From the NCBI GenBank assembly GCA_026396615.1, contig JAPLWK010000011.1:962-64961 (forward strand): DNA of 64,000 nt. Reading direction: 5' to 3'. The notes under the pieces are model-generated. The model searched no databases. It was not told the origin of the DNA and worked only from the letters and a program-made list of their open reading frames with translations. The translations under genes and the position numbers were made by a program. This document shows, one piece after another, positions 18,640 through 28,004 of the stretch (position 1 is its first letter; each line of letters begins with the position of its first letter). Source of the DNA: a candidate division WWE3 bacterium. GTDB lineage: Bacteria; Patescibacteriota; WWE3; JAPLWK01.

Positions 18640-20169
18640 ATGGCCCTAGCAAAAGTGCTTTCCGGAACTACAGTTGGTCTTGAGAGCACACCGATCAACA
18701 TTGAAGTCAGTATCGAAGAAGTCGGCTTTCCGGCATTTACAATCGTCGGCATGGCCGACAAAGCCGTTGAAGAATCTCGCGAACGGGTCCGCAGTGCTAT
18801 AAAAAGTTCCGGTTTGGAATTTCCCAGGCACCGAGTAACAGTAAATCTAACGCCCGCTGACCTACCCAAACGTGGCGCCTCGTTTGACCTGCCCATCGCC
18901 ATTGGAATCTTAATTGCTTCCGGCGCTCTCGAAATTGAAGTCAAGGACGCCTTATTTTTTGGTGAGTTATCACTTGACGGTTCGTTACGACATACCCCAG
19001 GAGCAATTACACTGGGAACACTTTGCGAAAAATTAAACATTCCCAATTTATACTTACCGGAAACGAATGCGTTAGAAGCCTCTTTCATCAGTGGCATTAA
19101 ACCCTTCGGTGTTTTAAAGCTTAGTGACCTCGTCAAGCATCTCGCCGGTGATAACAACCTAATAGCCACTCCCACGCATGATTTTAACGAACTGATCAAC
19201 GCTGAAATTACGTACCCACTTGATTTTAAGGAAGTTCGCGGCCAAGAACAGGCTAAAAGAGCGCTCGAAATCGCTGCGGCCGGTGGCCACAATGTGGCTA
19301 TGAAGGGGCCTCCCGGCAGTGGCAAAACGATGCTCGCCCGCGCTCTTCCCTCAATTCTTCCGAAGTTGACACCTAAAGAAGCCTTTGAGGTCACGAAGAT
19401 TTATTCGGTAACTGGGAATTTGCCGGCTGAAGAGTCGTTTATGAAAACCCGGCCATTTCGCAGCCCCCACCACACGACATCCAGAATTGGCCTTGTTGGC
19501 GGCGGCTCCCACCCCACCCCTGGCGAGATTTCCCTAGCTCATCGCGGTGTTTTATTTCTCGATGAGTTTCCGGAATTAGATCGTGCGACGCTGGAAGCAT
19601 TAAGACAGCCTTTAGAGGACGGTTTTGTTTCGGTTTCCAGGGCGGCGGGGACCATGGTCTTCCCTTCCAAATTTATCTTAATAGTCGCCAGCAACCCCTG
19701 CCCTTGCGGCAATCTTGGAAGTTCTAATCGCAAATGTATTTGTAACGCGCATCAAATAGAAAATTATAAAAAGCGCATTTCCGGCCCTATTTTGGACCGC
19801 ATTGATATTCATTTAGAAGTGCCGGCCGTGGAAATCGATAAATTAGTGGGAAATAATATCGTGGCCGCTGAGGATAGTACAGCAGTAAGGTCACGAGTCC
19901 AAGCAGCCAGGGACCGACAAGAGAAACGTTTAAAAGACGCTGGGCTAACCTGTAATGCAGAAATGTCGACCCGCCATATTAAAGAGTTTTGTGAAATTAG
20001 TAACGACTCTCAAAATCTGCTCAAGACCGCCGTCGCCAATATGGGCCTCTCCGCCCGCGGCTATTTTCGCATCCTCAAAGTTGCCCGCACAATAGCCGAT
20101 CTCGCCGGCAGCGACACGATTGAAACCCCAATGATTGCGGAAGCTTTGCAATACAGAACTCAGACGTAA
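18640..20169 (+). CDS. comM: YifB/ComM Mg-chelatase-like AAA+ ATPase (competence helicase ComM family)
   Basis: VNLTPADLPKRG, GPPGSGKTM, RPFRSPHH, PGEISLAHRGVLFLDE, NPCPCG, SGPILDRID, LSARG. Confidence 0.9.
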   Translation: MALAKVLSGTTVGLESTPINIEVSIEEVGFPAFTIVGMADKAVEESRERVRSAIKSSGLEFPRHRVTVNLTPADLPKRGASFDLPIAIGILIASGALEIEVKDALFFGELSLDGSLRHTPGAITLGTLCEKLNIPNLYLPETNALEASFISGIKPFGVLKLSDLVKHLAGDNNLIATPTHDFNELINAEITYPLDFKEVRGQEQAKRALEIAAAGGHNVAMKGPPGSGKTMLARALPSILPKLTPKEAFEVTKIYSVTGNLPAEESFMKTRPFRSPHHTTSRIGLVGGGSHPTPGEISLAHRGVLFLDEFPELDRATLEALRQPLEDGFVSVSRAAGTMVFPSKFILIVASNPCPCGNLGSSNRKCICNAHQIENYKKRISGPILDRIDIHLEVPAVEIDKLVGNNIVAAEDSTAVRSRVQAARDRQEKRLKDAGLTCNAEMSTRHIKEFCEISNDSQNLLKTAVANMGLSARGYFRILKVARTIADLAGSDTIETPMIAEALQYRTQT

Positions 20170-20216
20170 CCACACGCTGTAGTGGTGGCATTTATGACGC
20201 GCGTCAATCGAATGTG

Positions 20217-20299
20217 AGGGCGAATCATGATTCGCCCCTACGCCGTGCTTTTTGTGACCTCCTTCCAAACATGTAGGGACGGGGCATGCCCCGTCCTCG
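20217..20299. repeat. Pair of GTAG-type REP palindromes
   Basis: agggcgaatcatgattcgcccctac and gtagggacggggcatgccccgtcctcg. Confidence 0.85.
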
Positions 20300-20353
20300 G
20301 CAAATAGAAAATAAAGCATAGGCCAGTTACGATTGTGTTAGCATATAAGTTAT

Positions 20354-20914
20354 ATGACAGTAAACAGCAATGAAAAAAATGGAGTGGTTTCCAGAGAAAA
20401 ATCGGAACAACTAGAGAGAGAGAAAGAGAGAGAGAGAGAGCTTACAAATCTTACAGCACACGAAGCTGGGCATATTCTAATCTCCGCTAAAGAGAAAATC
20501 CCGATAATGAAAGTGAATCTTAGCCTTCATAATGGTGGTAGTGTTGTCTGGGACGACTTAACTCACGCCTCAAAGAAAGATCGCGCAATTGCGTATGCCG
20601 CTGGTTTTGCTAGCGAGATGCGTCTTTTGGATGACGAAACAGTGAAAAAATCTGCTAGGTCGTCTGGTTTCGTCACGGATTCAAGAAGACTGGATGATTT
20701 AGGATACACAACCCAAGAGCAGAAGGTCGCACTAGTTATTGCCGCTAGTAAGGTTCTACAAAGTAATTCTGAGCAGCTACTTAATATCCAAAGGGCGTTA
20801 ACTGAACGTTTTTTGAAGCAAGTCGAACGAGGAGAAGACGTTCTTGAACTAGACAAACAAGAAATTAAAGAAATTATTCAAGAATCCGAAGCAGTTGCGG
20901 GCTCAGCAGGCTGA
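20354..20914 (+). CDS. Stand-alone FtsH/M41-like zinc peptidase domain protein
   Basis: TAHEAGH, AAGFASE (cf. GGRAAE) and GFVTD (cf. GASND); no AAA or TM domain. Confidence 0.6.
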   Translation: MTVNSNEKNGVVSREKSEQLEREKERERELTNLTAHEAGHILISAKEKIPIMKVNLSLHNGGSVVWDDLTHASKKDRAIAYAAGFASEMRLLDDETVKKSARSSGFVTDSRRLDDLGYTTQEQKVALVIAASKVLQSNSEQLLNIQRALTERFLKQVERGEDVLELDKQEIKEIIQESEAVAGSAG

Positions 20915-20939
20915 GCTCCTACGCTTGTTGAGATCGTTT

Positions 20940-20970
20940 ACTGGATTCCGGGGTCAGGCCCGGAATGACG
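20940..20970. repeat. GTCATTCC-type REP palindrome (reverse orientation) downstream of rnpB
   Basis: actggattccggggtcaggcccggaatgacg. Confidence 0.85.
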
Positions 20971-20981
20971 AGTTGTTTATT

Positions 20982-21252
20982 GCCGGGAGCTCGTAAGCCA
21001 GATTCTGTTTAAGCAGCATCTATCTATGCCCCATCTTCCAACCTCGCCAAAGATAGCTGTAACGGTTGGGTCGTGGGTTGCCACTGGCAAGGATTACCGC
21101 GTTTCACCTCGCCCTTTGGGCGAACTCGTCTCTGTGGCTCTAGCTGTAACCTTACGGCTACCCTCAATTAAGAAAGTGCCATTCTTTGTGTGGTCTGGAC
21201 TTTCCTCCCCTTCTGGCATTACACCAAAAAGAGTCACTGCCCGGCTCCCGGC
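20982..21252 (-). ncRNA. rnpB: RNase P RNA (reduced bacterial type, ~271 nt)
   Basis: P1 GCCGGGAGC/GCTCCCGGC, GAGGAAAGTCCAG and AACAGAATCTGGCTTA (P4), GCCACAGA, GGTGAAAC, TAGATAGATG; TATAAT just upstream. Confidence 0.95.
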
Positions 21253-21293
21253 GCCTGTATTATAACGCATTATTCATATTAAACAGAGAATTC

Positions 21294-22295
21294 TTATTCG
21301 GCTTTGGAGGAACTGTGCTCAATGATGTTCTTGATGACAATGTAGAGCGACAAGGTAACCGGGAGAGATAGAAAGGCCCCAACGACACCAAACAAACGAC
21401 CACCAATTAAAAGAGCCAAGAGGGTGACTAGCGGATTAAGTCCCACTGCCTTTTTCATAATTCGAGGAATTACCAAATTCCACTGGACTTGCTGGACCAG
21501 TAAATACAAACCGCCAACTGCGATGCCCATAATCGGAGAAATCGAAAAACCAACGATCACGGCTAAAATAAAGGAAACAGTGGAACCAATGAATGGCACG
21601 AGTTCCCCGAGGAAAGCAAAGACCGCTAGTGGCACCGCGAACTCGACGCGAAGCAGCATTAGGCCAAAGAAAGTGGTCAGACCCACAAAGCCCATGCCGA
21701 TTAATTGCCCCCGTAACCAACCACCCAAGCGCTGCTCGATTTCTTGAATTGTTTCGTTTGCCACGTGTTGATAGCTGGAACGGGGTAGCAGCCCCACGAA
21801 GATTTTTTTAAGATGGTCAAAATCAACCAGAATATAAGCCGAGAAAACAACGACTGAAAGGACCGAAACAGCCCCCGAGAGAACATCAATGGTAAATTTG
21901 ATTAGGCCACCGGAAACGTTTCCCAGTTGTTGAGTTAAAGTATTTCCAAAATTCTGAAGAGCCGTGCTTACGGAAATAGACTTAAAGACAGTTTCCAGAA
22001 GCTTTGGAAATTGGTTAATAAAGAGTTCAGTTTGGCTAATTATTGGAGTGAGTGAGACCGCTATTAATCCGCCAAGAACCACTACAACAAGAAGTAGTGT
22101 TAGCAAAACCGCCACTGACCTTTTGAACTTTTTAGTAACCAAGAAATCTACAAAGGGAGAAATCACTAAAGCGATCATTAGAGCCACAAAGAGAAGCGCT
22201 AAGATTTCTTTAATTTGAATGAGCAGAAAAGCAACAACGACGGCCAGCGCGGTAAAAACTATAGTTTTAGGTGTAATAACGATATTTCTATCCAT
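21294..22295 (-). CDS. AI-2E family transporter
   Basis: Multi-TM; LGGWLRGQL, ELVPFIGS, PRIMKKAVGLNP, LSLPV motifs. Confidence 0.9.
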   Translation of the reverse strand: MDRNIVITPKTIVFTALAVVVAFLLIQIKEILALLFVALMIALVISPFVDFLVTKKFKRSVAVLLTLLLVVVVLGGLIAVSLTPIISQTELFINQFPKLLETVFKSISVSTALQNFGNTLTQQLGNVSGGLIKFTIDVLSGAVSVLSVVVFSAYILVDFDHLKKIFVGLLPRSSYQHVANETIQEIEQRLGGWLRGQLIGMGFVGLTTFFGLMLLRVEFAVPLAVFAFLGELVPFIGSTVSFILAVIVGFSISPIMGIAVGGLYLLVQQVQWNLVIPRIMKKAVGLNPLVTLLALLIGGRLFGVVGAFLSLPVTLSLYIVIKNIIEHSSSKAE

Positions 22296-23259
22296 CTAGA
22301 TATGATTCTACTTTATTTGTAAGCTCCTCGTCAAAGGTTTTTTTGGTTGTGTCAAACCAAGTCACTCCCGGCATTTTGCGAAAATACGTTTCCTGGCGCC
22401 GAATATAATCATGGATTTGATATTTAATCAGCTGCGGCATTTCTGAAATGCTAACCTCATCGGCGAGATACGATTTCACAACTTTATAAATCAGGCCGTT
22501 TAATTGCGGTGTGTTACCATATCCTTGGTCAATTAATCTTTGTGTCTCTTCGACCAAACCGACTTTTAGCGCCTCATCTACCCAAGCGTCAGCTCGAGGA
22601 TAAAGGATTTCGTGTGGAGCGGTGAAGCCGAGAATTAATGAATGCGATATGTCATTCCGGGCTTGACCCGGAATCCAGTTACTGGATTCTGAATCAAGTT
22701 CAGAATGACGATTTTTCTCATTTGACACTTCAATAGCTCTCTGCAAACGCCTCGGATTATTTTTATCAACTCGCCCCCACGCCGCCGGATCAATCTCTTT
22801 TAACTTCGTTGACAACTCAGCCACAGACAACTTATCGAGTTCTTCGCGTAACTTTATGTTCGGTGACACGTTTGCCACACTTTTTAGGCCAAGCAACGTC
22901 TCCACATAAAACCCGGTCCCACCAACAATAAAAGGCACTTTCGCTCGCTTCCAAACATCATCTATGGTCACCTCAGCTTTATTTTTAAAATCCAAGGCCG
23001 AAAAATATTCACCGGGATTAACCACGTCATACATCCAAACTCGTGTATCATTAAAATCCCAGTGACCACCGGCCTTAGTAACGTCGACACGATCGGCTGA
23101 CAAGGGCAGCTTCCCCGTCCCAATGTCCATACCTTTGTATAACTGCCGAGAGTCGGCCGAAATAACTTCGCCGTTGAATTTTTTACACAACTCCAATGCC
23201 TTCGAGGTTTTGCCGGAGGAGGTGGGACCTACTAGAACAATAAATTTATTTGAACGCAT
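22288..23259 (-). CDS. miaA: tRNA dimethylallyltransferase, carrying an in-frame REP insertion
   Basis: GPTSSGKT, ISADSRQLYKGMDIGTGK, VGGTGFY, NPRRLQRAIEV, YIRRQETYF. Confidence 0.95.
   Translation of the reverse strand: MRSNKFIVLVGPTSSGKTSKALELCKKFNGEVISADSRQLYKGMDIGTGKLPLSADRVDVTKAGGHWDFNDTRVWMYDVVNPGEYFSALDFKNKAEVTIDDVWKRAKVPFIVGGTGFYVETLLGLKSVANVSPNIKLREELDKLSVAELSTKLKEIDPAAWGRVDKNNPRRLQRAIEVSNEKNRHSELDSESSNWIPGQARNDISHSLILGFTAPHEILYPRADAWVDEALKVGLVEETQRLIDQGYGNTPQLNGLIYKVVKSYLADEVSISEMPQLIKYQIHDYIRRQETYFRKMPGVTWFDTTKKTFDEELTNKVESYLDG
22650..22710. repeat. REP pair inserted in-frame in miaA (encodes RHSELDSESSNWIPGQARND)
   Basis: Same two palindromes as the intergenic copies at 18461/18561 and 47427/47482, here abutting each other. 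Confidence 0.92.
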
Positions 23260-23307
23260 AACAAGCCTATCATTCCGGCTCCAAAGCCGAAAAACTCAGT
23301 TAAAAAA

Positions 23308-23406
23308 GTTTCTAATTTGAAATTTGAAATTCGAAATCAAGATCAAATTTGAAAATTTAAATTTTAATACATTTCAAATTGAATTCAAATTGTAAATTTA
23401 AAATTT
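23308..23406. repeat. AT-rich degenerate ~7-nt tandem repeat (tttgaaa/tttcaaa type)
   Basis: aatttgaaatttgaaattcgaaatc...tttcaaattgaattcaaattgtaaattt; similar tracts at 25706-25770 and 27925-28004. Confidence 0.6.
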
Positions 23407-24485
23407 TAAATTAATACTTTAGATATTTTCTTAATTAAATCTAGTACCTCCTTATGCCTCTGTCTTTTTACTTTCGACGGCACATCATCCATCATCGTCT
23501 CAGCCGCCACCGTCCCTTTCCGCGGCGAGTACATGGCTACAAATATTTGTTTAAACCCAACCTCTTTAATTAAATCTAAAGTGTGGCCAAACTGCCCATC
23601 TGTTTCGCCCGGAAAACCCACGATAATATCCGTCCCAATTCGTATTTCCGGCACTGCTTTTTTAATCTTCACGACTAACTCTAAATATTCTTCGCGGGTA
23701 TGACGGCGATTCATCTTTCTTAGAATCTCATCATCACCACTTTGCACCGGCAAATGCAAATAGCGATCAACTTTTGGAAGTTTTAAAACCGCAATCAAAT
23801 CGTCTTCGAAATCGTAGGGATTCGACGATAAGAATGACACTTTAGTAATGCCTTTAATAGCATGAACTTTTTTTACAAGATACGAAAATCTTTCTGGCGG
23901 TGTAAAATCTTTACCCCAGGAATTTACATTTTGCCCAAGTAATATTATTTCTGTTTGACCGCTGGTAACCAACTTCTCAACTTCCTCGATGATGTCTGAT
24001 AATGGTCTCGACTTTTCCGGCCCTCTGGCATAAGGCACAACACAGTAAGTACAAAAATTATCGCAACCTCGAGAAATCGAGACAAGACCTGTTGAATTTC
24101 GTTCAACTGACGCCACTCTATTTGACTTAACAATCGTCGGCAATTTTTCTACCGCTTCTTCAAACGTCCAAAAATAATCAACCCATGGCGCTTTCTTTTG
24201 CAAATACGACAATTCGTAACGCCTCCGCTGGCTTTTAGCGGCACCGGTGAGGCAGCCCATCAAAATAACCACCGGCTTTTTAGGCAAATCTTTAATTACT
24301 AATCCCCAGCCATAAACTGAATCTTCAGCCGCCTGCCGAATAGAACAGGAATTAATTATTAAAAAATCACTTTGGTGAATGTCGGAAGCTTCAGTAAGAT
24401 CAAGACCTAAAAGCAAATCTGCGATCTTACCAGATTCGTAGGTGTTCATGGCGCAACCGTAGGTTTTAAGTAAGAAAGTCATCAT
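23406..24485 (-). CDS. miaB: tRNA methylthiotransferase MiaB (no C-terminal TRAM domain)
   Basis: KTYGCAMN, NSCSIR, GC, radical SAM CDNFCTYC, HLPVQSG, DIIVGFPGET; adjacent to miaA. Confidence 0.85.
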   Translation of the reverse strand: MMTFLLKTYGCAMNTYESGKIADLLLGLDLTEASDIHQSDFLIINSCSIRQAAEDSVYGWGLVIKDLPKKPVVILMGCLTGAAKSQRRRYELSYLQKKAPWVDYFWTFEEAVEKLPTIVKSNRVASVERNSTGLVSISRGCDNFCTYCVVPYARGPEKSRPLSDIIEEVEKLVTSGQTEIILLGQNVNSWGKDFTPPERFSYLVKKVHAIKGITKVSFLSSNPYDFEDDLIAVLKLPKVDRYLHLPVQSGDDEILRKMNRRHTREEYLELVVKIKKAVPEIRIGTDIIVGFPGETDGQFGHTLDLIKEVGFKQIFVAMYSPRKGTVAAETMMDDVPSKVKRQRHKEVLDLIKKISKVLI

Positions 24486-24587
24486 GTAAACACTTCGCCC
24501 CAACTGTTGCCTCTGTACACAAGGCATAGTTGGGGTTAGCGTTCTTCGTCGGCCGACGAAGAAGATTCTAGAATCAACAAAATAAAA

Positions 24588-24863
24588 TTAACTACGGACG
24601 GAATCCTTTAAACCCTTACCAGCTTTGAAGGCTGGGGTTTTGGAAGCGGCGATGTGAAGGGGTGCCCCGGTTTGCGGGTTACGACCCATTCGAGCAGCGC
24701 GCTGCCGAATTTCGAAGGTACCAAATCCGGTGATAGTGACTTTTTCACCTTTCTTCAGGGCAGCAGAAATGGTATCAACAACAGCTTCCATAGCGCGGGA
24801 AGCATCAGCCTTGGTTAGGCCGGCTTTCTCTGCCATCTTGGCTACTAATTCTAATTTTACCAT
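24588..24863 (-). CDS. hup: DNA-binding protein HU
   Basis: [28 protein letters not shown]. Confidence 0.97.
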   Translation of the reverse strand: MVKLELVAKMAEKAGLTKADASRAMEAVVDTISAALKKGEKVTITGFGTFEIRQRAARMGRNPQTGAPLHIAASKTPAFKAGKGLKDSVRS

Positions 24864-24913
24864 TTGTAATCACCCCCTTTCAGTTAAAACATACTTTGCC
24901 AATAAATAAATTT

Positions 24914-25705
24914 TTAGATTAATTTGTCTACTCTTTTTATTCCGGTCGCTTTACCAGTCTTATCATTAATTTTAATCTCCACGCTACTAAAGATTGCTGG
25001 CCCGCAAGAATCCCAATCAAAACGCTGCCTACCCTGATTTACAAAACGATCAATAATAATTTCTTTTTTAACTCCCAGAACGCTGTTGTATGAACCACAC
25101 ATTCCAACGTCAGTCACGTAAGCGGTGCCCAAAGGCAAAATTCGAACGTCCGCAGTACCTACGTGAGTGTGTGTCCCAACAACGGCAGAAACCCGACCAT
25201 CCAAAAACCAACCCATCGCCATTTTCTCGCTCGTCGCCTCGGCGTGAAAATCAACTAAAATTCCAGCTAACTTTTCACCCTCAAACTGCCGTAATAAATT
25301 ATCAATGACTAAGAACGGGTTTCGTAAATCTGGATAATCTATAAAAGTGCTCCCCAGTAAATTACAAATTAAAAAGCGACCCTTTTTTCCAAGGTCAAAA
25401 ATATAATATGACAATCCGGCTTCGCTGTCGGGAAAATTCGCGGGTCTAATAACTGGTAGGTTAACAATTTCATTTTTAAACTCCTCACGATAAAAAATAT
25501 GATCGCCGGATGTTAAAACGTCTACGCCGCTATTTAAAAGCTCGGTGACGGTCTTTTGGCTTGCGCCGCGTCCGTGCGCCAAATTCTCACCATTAGCGAT
25601 AACTATATTGATGCTATCACCTTTTTTTAGGGTTGGCAATATTTTGCTTACAGCCAAGCGCCCTAAAGATCCAACTACATCTCCTATAAAAAGAATTTTA
25701 ATCAT
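24914..25705 (-). CDS. ymdB: YmdB/TIGR00282 metallophosphoesterase
   Basis: FIGDVVG, NGEN, DFHAEATSEK, GTHTHV, TDVGMCG; follows rny. Confidence 0.92.
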   Translation of the reverse strand: MIKILFIGDVVGSLGRLAVSKILPTLKKGDSINIVIANGENLAHGRGASQKTVTELLNSGVDVLTSGDHIFYREEFKNEIVNLPVIRPANFPDSEAGLSYYIFDLGKKGRFLICNLLGSTFIDYPDLRNPFLVIDNLLRQFEGEKLAGILVDFHAEATSEKMAMGWFLDGRVSAVVGTHTHVGTADVRILPLGTAYVTDVGMCGSYNSVLGVKKEIIIDRFVNQGRQRFDWDSCGPAIFSSVEIKINDKTGKATGIKRVDKLI

Positions 25706-25770
25706 CTTTCAAATTTCTAATCTCTAATTTCTTAATCCAGCTTCCAAATTCTAACATCCAACTTCTGACC

Positions 25771-27312
25771 TTACTTAGCTACTTCGCTACTTCGTAATTC
25801 TCTAATAACGGTCACTTTAACAATACCTGGGTACACCTGTTCTTTCTCTATTTTACTGGCAATATCATGAGCCATTTTAGCCGCCCCGTTATCATTCACT
25901 TCTTCCGGCTTTACCATTACTCGCACTTCTCGCCCAGCGCTAATTGCGAAAGCCTTTTCGACCCCCGGAAAACTTAAAGCCGCTCCCTCAAGATCCCGCA
26001 TCCTCTTTAAATACGCTCCGTAATCCTCAACTCTGGCGCCAGGCCTGGAACCACTCATGGCGTCGGAAATATAGCAGATGACCGATTCTAAAGAAGAAAA
26101 TGGTTTATCTTCGTGATGCTCGGCAATACAAGCAATCACTTTTTCCGGCAATTTATATTTACGAGCCAAATCTACCCCTAAACCAACGTGGCTACCTTCT
26201 TCGTCAGTGACTACTTTTCCGATATCGTGAAGTAAACAACCGAGTTTAACAATGTTGACGTCAAGTCCCAATTCAGTCGCCAAATAAACGCCCATTTTAG
26301 TTTCCTCCAGTGTATGTTCAATCATATTTTGGCCGTATGAGAATCTAAATTTAAAGCGCCCCAGAGCCGTTACTAACTCAACTGGTAAATTATAAACCCC
26401 GATCCGATGACACAGGTCTTCGCCAGCTTCAAGCATTATTTTCTCAATTTCCTTTTGAGTTTTTAAAACTATTTCCTCGATCTTAGCCGGCTGAATGCGG
26501 CCATCGGCCATGAGCCTTTCGAGAGACAAGCGGGCCACTTCCCGACGCACCGGATCAAAACAGGAGATTCGCAGCTGCCCCGGCGTTTCATCAAGATCAA
26601 TGTTAACGCCCGTTTGCTGCTCGAAGGCCTTAATATTGCGGCCTTCCCTGCCTATAATTCGACCTTTCATTTCCTCATCCGGTAGTTTAACAACGGAAGT
26701 GGTGTATTCGGCCACGTAATCGGTACTGGCGTGCTGCATTGCTTCCACTAAAATTTGCTGAGCTTTCGCTTTAGACTCCGTTCTAAAAGTGTCTTCTGAT
26801 TCCCGAATCTTTCGACCCAATTCATCCGTAAGAGAGCTCTCCAAGGTAGATATGATATGACGACGAGCTTCTTCACGAGTGGTACCGGCCACACTTTCCA
26901 GTTTAGTGATTTGTTCTTGACGTAATCTTTCGATTTCCTCCAGTTTTTTATTAACACCACGCTGTGAAGAAATTAAATTTTGCTCTTTTTCTTCCAAGCC
27001 TTCCAACTTTTTAGTGATTTCCTCCTGTTTACCGGAAATCCTTTTTTCGTCTTCAAAAAGCTTTTGCCGGATTTTAGAAGCTTCCTCCTCAGCATTACGT
27101 TTGACTTTAAAAGCTTCTTCTTGTGCCGATAGCACGATGTCACGAGCATTAACCGACAAAGGAGCATTTGCAGATGGTTGGGGGGCACTTAATGGCTGGG
27201 TGGCTTGACCGGATTCTTTAGTGGCTAACTTTTTAGATAACAGTAAATAAATAATTACTGCCGATAACACGGCCGCGGCAATCATGGCCGCGATTAATAG
27301 GAGTGGCGTCAT
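25771..27312 (-). CDS. rny: Ribonuclease Y
   Basis: N-terminal TM, coiled coil, KH (MKGRIIGREGRNI), HD (LLHDIGK), SRPGAR, AGREVRV. Confidence 0.97.
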   Translation of the reverse strand: MTPLLLIAAMIAAAVLSAVIIYLLLSKKLATKESGQATQPLSAPQPSANAPLSVNARDIVLSAQEEAFKVKRNAEEEASKIRQKLFEDEKRISGKQEEITKKLEGLEEKEQNLISSQRGVNKKLEEIERLRQEQITKLESVAGTTREEARRHIISTLESSLTDELGRKIRESEDTFRTESKAKAQQILVEAMQHASTDYVAEYTTSVVKLPDEEMKGRIIGREGRNIKAFEQQTGVNIDLDETPGQLRISCFDPVRREVARLSLERLMADGRIQPAKIEEIVLKTQKEIEKIMLEAGEDLCHRIGVYNLPVELVTALGRFKFRFSYGQNMIEHTLEETKMGVYLATELGLDVNIVKLGCLLHDIGKVVTDEEGSHVGLGVDLARKYKLPEKVIACIAEHHEDKPFSSLESVICYISDAMSGSRPGARVEDYGAYLKRMRDLEGAALSFPGVEKAFAISAGREVRVMVKPEEVNDNGAAKMAHDIASKIEKEQVYPGIVKVTVIRELRSSEVAK

Positions 27313-27387
27313 ATGAGTTTTTCCTTTCAGGTAAATAGAACATAAATAAAATCAAACGATAATTATTAGTGATGTGATAGGCCCATT

Positions 27388-27879
27388 CTACGGCCTTCCG
27401 AGGACCTCGTCAACCACGCGGCGTACAGCTTCGTACTCGTAACCGCGGCGCAACAGGAAGCTGGTTAGTCGCTGGCGGCCGATTTTAGGGGCGAGTTTTG
27501 CGTAACGATGACCAATTTTAAGGGCCAGAGCGGCCAAACTGGCCTCTTCGGGAACCGCCCCACTTTCAACGATCGTTTTGGAAGCGTCAAATTTAATGCC
27601 TTTTTTCGCCAGCTCCTGTTGCAAACGACGTTTTGACCGAGTCGATCCGCGTGACTCGACCCACGATTTGGCAAAAGCAGTGTCATCAACTAATTTTAGT
27701 TCTTGCAATTTTGATAACGTTGATTCGATAGCCTCGTCTGGTTTTAAACCAACCCAAGCAGAGTGCCATTTTATATTCCGCCGAAACTTTTGCTGTAAAT
27801 ATGTTTTTATTTCCTGGCTACTGTGAGGACGAAGTTCAAGGTATTTAAGAGACCAGGTGTAAAATTTGGTTTCAAGCAT
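27388..27879 (-). CDS. recX: Regulatory protein RecX
   Basis: YLELRPHS..EI, LVDDTAFAKSWV, ELAKKGI, FLLRRGY. Confidence 0.85.
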   Translation of the reverse strand: MLETKFYTWSLKYLELRPHSSQEIKTYLQQKFRRNIKWHSAWVGLKPDEAIESTLSKLQELKLVDDTAFAKSWVESRGSTRSKRRLQQELAKKGIKFDASKTIVESGAVPEEASLAALALKIGHRYAKLAPKIGRQRLTSFLLRRGYEYEAVRRVVDEVLGRP

Positions 27880-27887
27880 AAATATTT

Positions 27888-27916
27888 GTCATTCCGGGCT
27901 TGACCCGGAATCCAGT
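27888..27916. repeat. GTCATTCC-type REP palindrome
   Basis: gtcattccgggcttgacccggaatccagt. Confidence 0.9.
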
Positions 27917-28004
27917 AACGCGATAAATTTTTAATCAATAATTAATTAATTAATTTTTAAAAATTCATGTTTGATTGAAAATTAAAAATTGGTAATTAAA
28001 AATT

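Noticed and set aside
18510-19394. 294-aa minus-strand ORF
   Set aside because: Antisense shadow of comM that runs into REP sequence; no independent motifs.
21026-21265. 79-aa plus-strand ORF
   Set aside because: Antisense to the RNase P RNA gene.
27388-27879. recX without adjacent recA as evidence of recA loss
   Set aside because: Only 64 kb is visible; recA may lie elsewhere.
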